A stretch of DNA of 45,784 bases from a virus: the UHGV virus genome UHGV-0211200; one strand, 5' to 3'. Numbering within the stretch: the first letter of the stretch is position 1; each line of letters opens with the position of its first letter. Of the stretch, positions 1-7,414 are shown one piece after another. Made by a program: the position numbers and the translations under genes. The notes under the pieces were generated by a model. That model saw only the letters and a program-made list of their open reading frames with translations. It was not told the origin of the DNA and did no database searches.

Positions 1-192
1 ATATCCAGTGTACCGACTGGCATTTGTCATTGCCCCGGCCCGGTTGGTGCCATTCCGGCGGCGGCTCATAATATCACCGCCATGCATATCACCAGCAATC
101 CGCTTAAGACCATCACCGCAGCAGTTAAGCCTCGAATAATCATCCGGTCTTTCTGCCGCGGGCTTAAGTGGGTTTTACCAACAGGTATGTAT

Positions 193-420
193 TCAAGCTG
201 TTTCAACAAATTTCATCTCCTTCCCAGTCAATTGCAGAAGTATCTGCAATTTTTCTATTGTCAGTTTTTGAGGGTTGGCTTTACGATCTCTAAACGAGCT
301 TGTACAAAAACCCAAATACAAGGCTAGCTCATTATCATCAAAGTCATTTCTTATTTTGGCTTCTTCTATCAGCAACCGGATACTGTCCTTTTGCCATTCT
401 GACGGCTTCTTAGATTTCAC
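193..420 (-). CDS. small HTH-like early protein (XRE-type helix-turn-helix in C-terminal half)
   Basis: 75-aa ORF. Segment ELALYLGFCTSSFRDRKANPQKLTIEKLQILLQLTG resembles XRE HTH helices 2-3. Same strand as the neighbouring early genes. Confidence 0.4.
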   Translation of the reverse strand: MKSKKPSEWQKDSIRLLIEEAKIRNDFDDNELALYLGFCTSSFRDRKANPQKLTIEKLQILLQLTGKEMKFVETA

Positions 421-438
421 GACCTCACTTCCTTTCGT

Positions 439-651
439 TTATACATTCCAGGATAAATTATCTTCTACTATCTCTTTTACATCCACACCAAGAGCATTTG
501 CCATGCGTCCAGCACACACAGGTGTAACTTCCCGCATATTTAAAATAACATTCATACGCGCCCGGCTCACTCCATACCGTTTGGAAAGATTTGTTATAGT
601 CAAAGAATTTCTAGCCAGAGCAATATCAATTTTATCTCTACTAAGTTTCAT
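439..651 (-). CDS. XRE-family HTH transcriptional regulator (early region)
   Basis: 70 aa. LARNSLTITNLSKRYGVSRARMNVILNMREVTPVCAGRMANALGVDVKEIVE fits the HTH_XRE pattern. Confidence 0.55.
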   Translation of the reverse strand: MKLSRDKIDIALARNSLTITNLSKRYGVSRARMNVILNMREVTPVCAGRMANALGVDVKEIVEDNLSWNV

Positions 652-817
652 CTCTTACTACCTCCTATCAACTTTTTTCAAATACTGGTAAAGCGCTATT
701 GCTATAATTATTAGTATCTCTGTAAAAACAGTGCAAACAACTCCTGCTAAAAATGGATTGATGTACATCGTTTATCTCCTCCTCTTTCTCTTAATTCCCC
801 GGCTCTTGCCGTTCTTC

Positions 818-1096
818 TTAATCCTGGCTTTCTGTCCCATTCTCTAAGTCTCCTTGTGTTCCTGTGTTGATGTTGTTCAGTCCGGTGCCATCCTGGGTTA
901 TATAATCATAAGACTGGAATATGTGTATCCAATAAGCATTAGTGCCTATAAATGCAGCTAATCCAATAACAAAAGTGATAACCCACGCATGAAACCATCG
1001 GTTACTGCTTTTCTTGGCTTGCTCTATTACCTCTACAGCAAAATACTGCTCCAGCCCTTCCCATGTTGGCTTGTCCTTCTGGTTTTCAATGTTCAT
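818..1096 (-). CDS. small membrane protein, hypothetical
   Basis: 92 aa with one long hydrophobic segment WFHAWVITFVIGLAAFIGTNAYWIHIF. AG-rich sequence lies before the ATG. Confidence 0.35.
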   Translation of the reverse strand: MNIENQKDKPTWEGLEQYFAVEVIEQAKKSSNRWFHAWVITFVIGLAAFIGTNAYWIHIFQSYDYITQDGTGLNNINTGTQGDLENGTESQD

Positions 1097-1224
1097 AATT
1101 TTTTTCCTCCTGTGCTTGCGTAATACAGGAGAAAATGGTAAAATATTCCTGTATCCGCATTAGTTGGGTTAATGTGGTTACGGCTCCGGTTGGTGTGTCA
1201 GCACCGCCGGGGCATTTTATAAAT

Positions 1225-1869
1225 CTAATCTTCCGTTTCTATGAGTTCTCCATCTTTGAACGTGTACCATGTATCTGCTTTGATGTTTACTCCATCAACA
1301 ACTACTGCTTTCCAGCTGGAAATTTTACAGCTATTTTGTTCTTCTTCTGCAATAACCAAAATCGAACCTAGCCCTCCTTTTGCTTTTACCCCTTTTCCTC
1401 TTGCAACAGATAATCCGTTTTCGCCTGTTGATGATTTTCCACGACTTGTTGCTGCTCCGCAGTACCCGGCTGTTGCTGCTCCGCACTCCCCGGCTGTTGC
1501 TGCTCCGCGGGCCCCGGCTGTTGCTGCTTTAGATTCTATACAAGTTGTTTTGACCTTTTCTTTGGTATATTTGATTGCTGCATTTACAATTCCAGCGATA
1601 TTCAGTTGCGCACCAATGTGCATCTTTGTTGATGCTATTTTACTATCATCATCGTCTCTGCTTATGTCTCCACTCTGCTCTACCTCACAATACACAGATT
1701 TTGATGGTGGATAATATTTAAAACAATCAAGTGGGTATTCGCATGCATGCATACCGCATTCACAAGCCACGGCTTTATCTTCCTCGTAATCCTTTCCCAC
1801 TTCATATTGTTTATTTTTGCAGGTCATATCCTTATTAAAACCTTTATACGATTTTATTATTTCTTCCAT
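1225..1869 (-). CDS. hypothetical phage protein with Cys/His-rich N-terminal domain (KGFNKDMTCKNKQYEVGKDY...HACEYPLDCFKYY) and internal tandem octapeptide repeat
   Basis: 214-aa ORF. Strong RBS AAAGGAGG 4 nt before the ATG at 1869. The N-terminal motif resembles a conserved phage hypothetical-protein domain. A CGAATAGx repeat is encoded by a 24-bp DNA tandem repeat. Confidence 0.55.
   Translation of the reverse strand: MEEIIKSYKGFNKDMTCKNKQYEVGKDYEEDKAVACECGMHACEYPLDCFKYYPPSKSVYCEVEQSGDISRDDDDSKIASTKMHIGAQLNIAGIVNAAIKYTKEKVKTTCIESKAATAGARGAATAGECGAATAGYCGAATSRGKSSTGENGLSVARGKGVKAKGGLGSILVIAEEEQNSCKISSWKAVVVDGVNIKADTWYTFKDGELIETED
1447..1527. repeat. 24-bp tandem repeat, about 3.4 copies (TGTTGCTGCTCCGC-NNNNCCCGGC) inside CDS 1225..1869
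   Basis: Read directly from sequence: units at 1447-1470, 1471-1494 and 1495-1518, plus a partial fourth. They encode the GAATAG peptide repeats. Confidence 0.85.
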
Positions 1870-1965
1870 GTTTCCTCCTTTAATCTTGTCATTCCTACCC
1901 CTCTCCTTTATAATTTAAGTACAGGCGTTGCCGCGCCGAGTACATAAGAAAGGAATTAAAAACAT

Positions 1966-2145
1966 ATGGTTACAAAGTTTTGCCCGTTTATGAATGCAGA
2001 CCCATCAGATTTGAAAAGCAAAACAGTTCCGTGTATGGATACATGTGCTTTATACTGGAAGGGATGTTGCTCCATAAATGTTCTTGCCCAAAAAGCAACT
2101 TATGATTTTGAGCAAAAAAAGAAAGAAAAAGAGCTAGAAAAATAA
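1966..2145 (+). CDS. possible small Cys-rich protein (59 aa) antisense-oriented between early genes
   Basis: ATG at 1966. Product MVTKFCPFMNADPSDLKSKTVPCMDTCALYWKGCCSINVLAQKATYDFEQKKKEKELEK has a C-x16-C-x3-C-x7-CC pattern. It fits exactly the 264-nt gap between two minus-strand genes. The RBS is weak (AAAGGA 13 nt upstream). Confidence 0.2.
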   Translation: MVTKFCPFMNADPSDLKSKTVPCMDTCALYWKGCCSINVLAQKATYDFEQKKKEKELEK

Positions 2146-2412
2146 TTCATTATTCCCAGTGCAGATATGGCTTGAAAGAAAATCAAATTTATCCACACTT
2201 GATTTTTCAACTACAGTCTTTTTTGAAATTTCTTTCGCCATATCTGCTGCTAATTCAAGTTCTGCTATCGTTAATCCGTTTTTGGATGCAACAGCAATGA
2301 TTTTCGTTGCAATAAATTCTACCTTTTTTAAATTCTCCACCGCTTCACCTCCTACTAAGAATTTCCCAACTGCTGAACAGCTTCTGAAAAAGCTTGCCTT
2401 ACAAATTGTCAC
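2134..2412 (-). CDS. hypothetical early protein
   Basis: 92-aa ORF. Its start overlaps the stop of the upstream gene by 4 nt (ATGA coupling at 2409-2412). Confidence 0.3.
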   Translation of the reverse strand: MTICKASFFRSCSAVGKFLVGGEAVENLKKVEFIATKIIAVASKNGLTIAELELAADMAKEISKKTVVEKSSVDKFDFLSSHICTGNNELFF

Positions 2413-2663
2413 GGAGAATATTTCTTTGTGGTTTCATCTTCTTCGTAGACGTGACTAATCAGAGTACTTGTTACCCTGTCAACCTTCCCATCTTCCAAAA
2501 ATTCAAAATCATTCAAGTTAAAAGAAATGGAAATTTCTGGATTCCTACCTGCTTCATGAACATAAGAAACGGATGAAATACCTTTCCCTATAGATTTTCC
2601 ACATAATTCAAAATAGGTATGTTTTCCATCGCTCACCAACCTAAACTTTGGTCCATTCATCAT
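2409..2663 (-). CDS. hypothetical early protein
   Basis: 84-aa ORF, translationally coupled to the downstream ORF. Sequence is protein-like, no recognisable domain. Confidence 0.35.
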   Translation of the reverse strand: MMNGPKFRLVSDGKHTYFELCGKSIGKGISSVSYVHEAGRNPEISISFNLNDFEFLEDGKVDRVTSTLISHVYEEDETTKKYSP

Positions 2664-2678
2664 CTTTCACCTCCTACT

Positions 2679-3014
2679 CTAAGAAATAAGCTTGTCCACT
2701 TTGACTTTTAAAACATCCGCAACCGCTTTAAGGCTTTTTATTGTCGGACTCGAATCATTACATTTGCTAATAGCACCGTTTTTAAGTCCAGCCGCCACCT
2801 CTACCTGCCTAATGCTCAAGCTTTTTTCTTCGCAGATAGCCTTGATTTTGTCATAAATCAAGCTGTTCTTATGTGTCTCATGAAATTTTTCTGAACGTAT
2901 TCTTCTTAAGCCTTCTTCTATGGCAAATCTCGTTACAGCCAGGCGCTCCGGGGAAATCAGCCCAAATTCAGACAATGCGTCTATTACAATGGATACTTCC
3001 CTGCTTCTTTTCAA
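2679..3014 (-). CDS. XRE-family HTH regulator (C-terminal HTH), early region
   Basis: 111 aa. LSIRQVEVAAGLKNGAISKCNDSSPTIKSLKAVADVLKVKVDKLI is a typical HTH_XRE. Confidence 0.5.
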   Translation of the reverse strand: MKRSREVSIVIDALSEFGLISPERLAVTRFAIEEGLRRIRSEKFHETHKNSLIYDKIKAICEEKSLSIRQVEVAAGLKNGAISKCNDSSPTIKSLKAVADVLKVKVDKLIS

Positions 3015-3265
3015 TCTCTCACCTCCTTAAAATATAGAAAAATTTCATATTTATGTACTGTGTTTCAATCCAAAATCAAAGCATTACTTCTCACAGTATT
3101 TCAGAATTTCGTTCATACATAAGAAGTAAACGGCAAACGCAAATCCGTCCATCATCTTTTCTGGCGTCATAAATGGAAGTTTTACCAAAACTGCATTGAA
3201 CACCAATGTTATAATTGACGCCAGAAGTATTCTATTAATTTTCATTTACACTCCTTTCTCACCTC

Positions 3266-3451
3266 CTACTCTAAGAAATACTCAATTGATACCCCAAAGT
3301 ACTTCGCCAGCACCGCCAGTTTATCCACTTTAGGTTTACTGCGGCCATCACGCCAGTCGTACAATGTTGCTGTTGCTATTCCTGTATCAGCAGCAACCCG
3401 GTAAATAGTTTTGTTGGTTTCTTCCAATAACAGAGCAAATTTTTTGTACAC
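3266..3451 (-). CDS. Cro-like HTH protein (61 aa), divergent from the repressor gene
   Basis: MYKKFALLLEETNKTIYRVAADTGIATATLYDWRDGRSKPKVDKLAVLAKYFGVSIEYFLE is a single XRE HTH domain. It is about 50% identical to the N-terminal domain of the cI-like protein encoded divergently at 3656. Confidence 0.65.
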   Translation of the reverse strand: MYKKFALLLEETNKTIYRVAADTGIATATLYDWRDGRSKPKVDKLAVLAKYFGVSIEYFLE

Positions 3452-3541
3452 TTTTTCACCGCCTTTCTTAGATAAAATGATTGTAATTATATCGGAAATA
3501 TGATATAGTCAAGATATCAGCAAAACCAATCACATTTTCGA

Positions 3542-3640
3542 GATACGAAATCCGTTTGTATCACGGTTTTCTTTCGTATCTTTACTATATCACGGTTTTA
3601 TTTTATAGTCAATACTTTTTTAAGAAATTTTTCCGTGATA
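3542..3640. promoter_or_regulatory. candidate operator cluster of the cI/cro switch
   Basis: Direct repeats TATCACGGTTTT at 3559-3570 and 3588-3599. Inverted copy CCGTGATA at 3633-3640, just upstream of the cI RBS. Perfect inverted repeat GATACGAAA (3542-3550) / TTTCGTATC (3572-3580) brackets the first site. Confidence 0.5.
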
Positions 3641-3655
3641 TTTTGGAGGGATATT

Positions 3656-4024
3656 ATGTACAAAAAATTTGAAATGCTTTTGGAACGAGACCACATAACT
3701 CCGTATAGGGTCTATAAGGATACCGGAATATCAACAGCTACATTATCAGACTGGAAAAATGGAAAGAGTCAACCTAAAAAAGATAAAATAGAAAAGTTGT
3801 GCGAATACTTTAATGTTCCTCTTTCTTATTTTTATGGAGAAGATGAAGATACACCAAAATATTATCTAAATGATGAAACTGCCGCCATAGCCCAAGATAT
3901 TTTTGAAAACAAAGAACTGCGGTTGTTATTCGATGCCGCTAAAGACGCTAATCCAGAGGATTTGAAAACTACACACGATATGTTGCTTGCTTTAAAGAGA
4001 AAGGAACGGGGTAATATTGATTGA
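3656..4024 (+). CDS. CI-like phage repressor (N-terminal XRE HTH plus helical C-terminal domain)
   Basis: RBS GGAGGG 7 nt upstream of the ATG at 3656 (the longer ORF from 3635 lacks an RBS). HTH YRVYKDTGISTATLSDWKNGKSQPKKDKIEKLCEYFNV. First gene of an operon running toward the integrase. Confidence 0.7.
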   Translation: MYKKFEMLLERDHITPYRVYKDTGISTATLSDWKNGKSQPKKDKIEKLCEYFNVPLSYFYGEDEDTPKYYLNDETAAIAQDIFENKELRLLFDAAKDANPEDLKTTHDMLLALKRKERGNID

Positions 4025-4244
4025 CTACAATGTCCAATTGATTAGCTTTCCATCTGGAAAAATACATGAAGTCGTAACGTCTAATGAGGATGGAACCGTT
4101 ACTATATTTTTAGATAAAAATGCAACCAGGGAATCTCAAAGACAGAGGTTCTGGCATGTTATGAGGCATTTAGAAGGAAATGATTTTGAAAAAGATGATG
4201 TACAGAACATTGAATATGATGCACATTATGGAGGATGCTCATGA
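4017..4244 (+). CDS. hypothetical 75-aa protein co-transcribed with the repressor
   Basis: ATG overlaps the cI stop by 8 nt and the gene ends in an ATGA overlap with the next gene. No recognisable domain. The C-terminal ...NIEYDAHYGG is faintly RelE/HigB-like. Confidence 0.4.
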   Translation: MIDYNVQLISFPSGKIHEVVTSNEDGTVTIFLDKNATRESQRQRFWHVMRHLEGNDFEKDDVQNIEYDAHYGGCS

Positions 4245-5143
4245 GTATTAAAGGAACGACTAAGGAATTATATATCGGTAAAACAGGAGTTAATTTGATT
4301 ACATTTATGGGGAATAAAGTATCCCTTACATATGAACAAATGAAAAGAATTGATTATTGTTATGCGACCAGCAAAAAAGGGTATATGAATTTTGTAACGC
4401 AAACAAACATTATAGAAAATTTTAATTTTTCTAATAATGCAAATGAATTGATTCAAAAAACTGTTGACTTTATTCATGAATATGCTCCTAATTTAGAAAT
4501 GATAGAATATCATTTAGACGATGAAAAAAAGAACCGTTCAATAAAAATACAGGCTATTTTTGGATATAAAGAATTGGGATTGAAAACAGGATACATAATT
4601 ATTACTCAAGAACCTTCTGGAAAAATATTTTTAAATAAAGATAAGTCTACATTCTACGATTTAATTGAATATGAATGGGATGGACCAGAGTTTTCAACTT
4701 TAACAACTTCTTCAGGAACTACTACAGAAGAGAGCAAGACAAAATCAAAGGAAAAAACATCTAACATTGGATTAGGAGCAGTTGTAGGTAACATAATGCT
4801 TGGTGGAATAAATGGAAAAAATAAGGGATTATCAAAAACTATAGGGAATGTAGTTTCAAATTCTACAGAACTATCATCTAATATTGAAAAGTCTACCAAT
4901 GCTACTATTACTTTCAGAAATCAAGATAGCAAAAAAATTTTCAAATTGTCATTCAAATGCACTAGAGAAATTGATTCAAAAATACGATGTTTTGATTTCT
5001 CTAAAATTCCTGATAAAGCGATAATAATTAATGATGTGAAGCAAAATTTAGAAGGGATTAAGGCCTTAAAAGAATTACTTGACATTGGAGCATTAACACA
5101 AGAAGAGTTTGATGAAAAGAAGAAACAGATTTTAAATATGTAA
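4241..5143 (+). CDS. SHOCT-domain protein (two N-terminal uncharacterised beta-rich domains, central Gly-rich hydrophobic segment, C-terminal SHOCT)
   Basis: RBS GGAGGA 6 nt before the ATG at 4241. C-terminal IKALKELLDIGALTQEEFDEKKKQIL matches the SHOCT consensus. Central IGLGAVVGNIMLGGINGKNKG is glycine-zipper-like. Position between cI and int is typical for lysogeny cargo. Confidence 0.6.
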   Translation: MSIKGTTKELYIGKTGVNLITFMGNKVSLTYEQMKRIDYCYATSKKGYMNFVTQTNIIENFNFSNNANELIQKTVDFIHEYAPNLEMIEYHLDDEKKNRSIKIQAIFGYKELGLKTGYIIITQEPSGKIFLNKDKSTFYDLIEYEWDGPEFSTLTTSSGTTTEESKTKSKEKTSNIGLGAVVGNIMLGGINGKNKGLSKTIGNVVSNSTELSSNIEKSTNATITFRNQDSKKIFKLSFKCTREIDSKIRCFDFSKIPDKAIIINDVKQNLEGIKALKELLDIGALTQEEFDEKKKQILNM

Positions 5144-5309
5144 AACAAAACCGGCCCCTGCGCCAGCAGGAACCGGCCTACATACCCGAAGATATGCACT
5201 ATAATTCGCACCTATATTGTACCATCTTCGGGGCGGCTTTGCAAGATATTTGCGGAGCTGTATTTTTTATACCTATTTTTAAGAAAATCAATTGAAGGAG
5301 GAAAGAGAA

Positions 5310-6383
5310 ATGACAAAGAAAGCCCCGAAAAAGAAAAAAGGAGAACTGCCGTCTGGAAATGTCCGAGTGCAAGTATATCTGTATACAGATGATAAAGGCA
5401 AGCGGCATTACAAAAGCTTTGTTGCTCCATCACGCAAGGAAGCAAAGGAAATGGCTACCAGATGGAAATTAGACATGAAGGACAAGCCTATAGAGCAATA
5501 TAACGTACCGGAAGAAGATGAGGACGAAGATATAACAGTGAATCAGGCTATCGAACGTTATTTGAGCGTCAAGAAAGGCGTTTTAAGCCCTTCTACGCTA
5601 AGAGGGTATACTGGTCTGCAAAGACAGTATTTCGGCGGAGCATTTGGGCGTAAACGGCTTTCAGAGCTAACAAATCCATCTGTACAGATATGGGTAAGTG
5701 ATTTGGCGGGGAAGCAACTGTCTCCAAATACAGTCAGAAATGCCTATGGCCTGTTATCCGCATCCCTTGAGATGTTTGCGCCAGATTTAACCTTAAAGGT
5801 CAAGCTCCCTCAGAAAAAACGTCCTGACCTATACTGTCCCAATGACAAGGATATTAAAACGCTGCTGGATGCAATTAAAGGTACCGATTTAGAAATAGCC
5901 GTATTACTAGCAGCCTTTGGCCCACTTAGGCGCGGAGAAATAAGCGCCCTAACTGATAAAAACGTGGACGGAAGGATAATCCACGTAAGAGACAATATGG
6001 TAAAGGGGCCAGACAATCAATGGTACATTAAGCAGCCAAAGACGGATGACAGCACACGGGATGTAGAAATGCCAGCATTTGTAATTGAACGGATATCTGG
6101 CAAAAAAGGGAAATTGGTTGACATGAACCCAGATTATATCACACATAGATTTGGGCGGGTGCTTAAAAAGATTGATGTGCCGCATTTCCGATTTCACGAC
6201 CTCAGGCATTATGCTGCATCCATTATGCATGCCATAGGTATACCGGACCAATATATTTTGCAGCGGGGAGGATGGGCCAGTGACAATATCATGAAAACTG
6301 TATACAGGAATGTGATTGACCTGGAATCTGTCCGGCAGAATAAAAAAATTAATAAACACTTTGAAAAGCTAAATAGCATGTAA
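5310..6383 (+). CDS. int: tyrosine integrase (phage integrase family with AP2-like N-terminal DNA-binding domain)
   Basis: RBS AAGGAGG 8 nt upstream of the ATG at 5310. N-terminal domain GNVRVQVYLYTDDKGKRHYKSF. Catalytic motifs LRRGEI, HDLRHYAAS and the Tyr in TVYRNV. Confidence 0.85.
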   Translation: MTKKAPKKKKGELPSGNVRVQVYLYTDDKGKRHYKSFVAPSRKEAKEMATRWKLDMKDKPIEQYNVPEEDEDEDITVNQAIERYLSVKKGVLSPSTLRGYTGLQRQYFGGAFGRKRLSELTNPSVQIWVSDLAGKQLSPNTVRNAYGLLSASLEMFAPDLTLKVKLPQKKRPDLYCPNDKDIKTLLDAIKGTDLEIAVLLAAFGPLRRGEISALTDKNVDGRIIHVRDNMVKGPDNQWYIKQPKTDDSTRDVEMPAFVIERISGKKGKLVDMNPDYITHRFGRVLKKIDVPHFRFHDLRHYAASIMHAIGIPDQYILQRGGWASDNIMKTVYRNVIDLESVRQNKKINKHFEKLNSM

Positions 6384-6671
6384 TAAAATAGCATATTTTC
6401 CGTGTTGCATCGTGTTGCATATGTCTTAAATATTATAATAACTTCCTCCGTGGCAGACGGAGGAAGTGCTATTCAAAAACATGAAAAAACCTTACAAATA
6501 CGTTGTTTTTCCCATATCTACAAGGTTTTATGGAAAAGCTGCTGACGGTTTTACAGACCGCAAAATACAACGGTTTTATGCGGTTTCCAGGCCCCGTGTT
6601 GCATTTCGTGTTGCACATTTCCGAAGATGGTATAATATTTATAAAAGCGTCAGTGTAAAAATCTGGCGCTT
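6384..6671. other. attP-like non-coding region between the endolysin stop and the integrase stop
   Basis: 288 nt with no convincing ORF. CGTGTTGCAT tandem at 6401-6420 and CGTGTTGCA(T/C) at 6595-6604 and 6607-6616. ACGGTTTTA at 6545-6553 and 6570-6578. An 11-bp perfect hairpin and a TATAAT at 6631. Confidence 0.45.
6441..6467. terminator. strong hairpin (11-bp perfect stem ACTTCCTCCGT/ACGGAGGAAGT, 5-nt loop), probable terminator for convergent lysis and integrase transcripts
   Basis: Read from sequence. On the minus strand it is followed by a U-rich stretch (TATTATAATATTT). It lies about 60 nt after the integrase stop. Confidence 0.45.
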
Positions 6672-7412
6672 TTATATTGAGTTAGAATCCTCTATGTACC
6701 AGATTTCCAGCGCCCCATTATCCTGACTATGCCAGCAGGCTCCCTCAAACGGTCCGTTTGGTGTCGGGTCAAAGTAATACCAATCTCCCGAACCGTCAAC
6801 CGGGTCACATGTGCTGCCATTCCAGCGGTGCCAGCTCGTGCAAGCATACCCATCCTTGTTAAATAGATACCAATGATGATTTATGATACACCACTTATTA
6901 GCTGGGTAACTTCCATCCGGTCTGCGGTACCACCATCCATTATTATCCTTAATCCAGCCAGTGCGTTCCTCTGTCACCCAGGTTTTCATAAATTCATCCG
7001 GGTTACGATACAATTTCTTGATTCCAGATGTGCTACTTCCCCAATCCGGCAATTGGAAATGTGGCTTGTCCACAGGAGACTTCCAATTTCCACCCCATTC
7101 AAGTCCCAGAGATACACCAATGGCGCCTACACGATTAAAAAAGCCACCAATTTCGTTATAGGCCCCAGCTCCATCATTGCGGAAGATATCAAATGCAGTC
7201 CCCCACTGATGGTAGGAGCTGTAACTGCTGCCCGGAGCATTGGTAACAATATTTCCAGGCTGTGTACGTCCCTGTGCGTATAATGCATCCTGTTCTGCCA
7301 CGGTTCGGAAGGTCTCGCCTATCTTAATTTTTAATCCCTGTTTATTGCATTCATCCACCAACTGACCTGCTAAAAGCTGTAAGCGTGGATGGCACAATGT
7401 GATATCTCTCAT
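6672..7412 (-). CDS. endolysin: M15/VanY-type L-alanyl-D-glutamate peptidase with C-terminal cell-wall-binding repeats
   Basis: AEQDALYAQGR and SSYHQWGTAFD (SxHxxGxAxD) motifs. C-terminal repeats GWIKDNNGWWYRRPDGSYPANKW and GDWYYFDPTPNG resemble CW_binding_1. Start chosen at the second ATG (MRD), 6 nt after GGAGGA. Confidence 0.8.
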   Translation of the reverse strand: MRDITLCHPRLQLLAGQLVDECNKQGLKIKIGETFRTVAEQDALYAQGRTQPGNIVTNAPGSSYSSYHQWGTAFDIFRNDGAGAYNEIGGFFNRVGAIGVSLGLEWGGNWKSPVDKPHFQLPDWGSSTSGIKKLYRNPDEFMKTWVTEERTGWIKDNNGWWYRRPDGSYPANKWCIINHHWYLFNKDGYACTSWHRWNGSTCDPVDGSGDWYYFDPTPNGPFEGACWHSQDNGALEIWYIEDSNSI

Positions 7413-7414
7413 AA

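Noticed and set aside
82-691. Plus-strand ORFs 82..327 and 275..691
   Set aside because: They are antisense to two HTH regulator genes with recognisable XRE motifs. Their products are low-complexity with no start signals.
1241-1714. 157-aa plus-strand ORF with Pro/Ala repeats
   Set aside because: It is the antisense reading of the 24-bp tandem repeat in gene 1225..1869. The minus-strand frame has the RBS and a conserved N-terminal motif.
5144-5309. Hairpins CCTGC-GCCA-GCAGG (5156-5169) and CCCGAAGAT...ATCTTCGGG (5185-5232) as the terminator of the cI operon
   Set aside because: Neither is followed closely by a U-run (the T-run is about 30 nt downstream). The second has a 30-nt loop containing a TATAAT. 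It is possibly an int promoter or regulatory structure. It is noted, but evidence is too weak to call a terminator.
6675-6700. GAGTTAGAATCCTC resembling a tRNA T-loop (a possible tRNA 3' fragment at attP)
   Set aside because: No acceptor stem, anticodon arm or CCA context could be built, and the stem pairs poorly. It is probably coincidental and lies within the endolysin 3' end.
6466-6726. 86-aa plus-strand ORF in the attP region
   Set aside because: It has no RBS, is basic and low-complexity, and overlaps the repeat and hairpin elements and the 3' end of the endolysin gene. The region is better explained as a non-coding attachment or terminator region.
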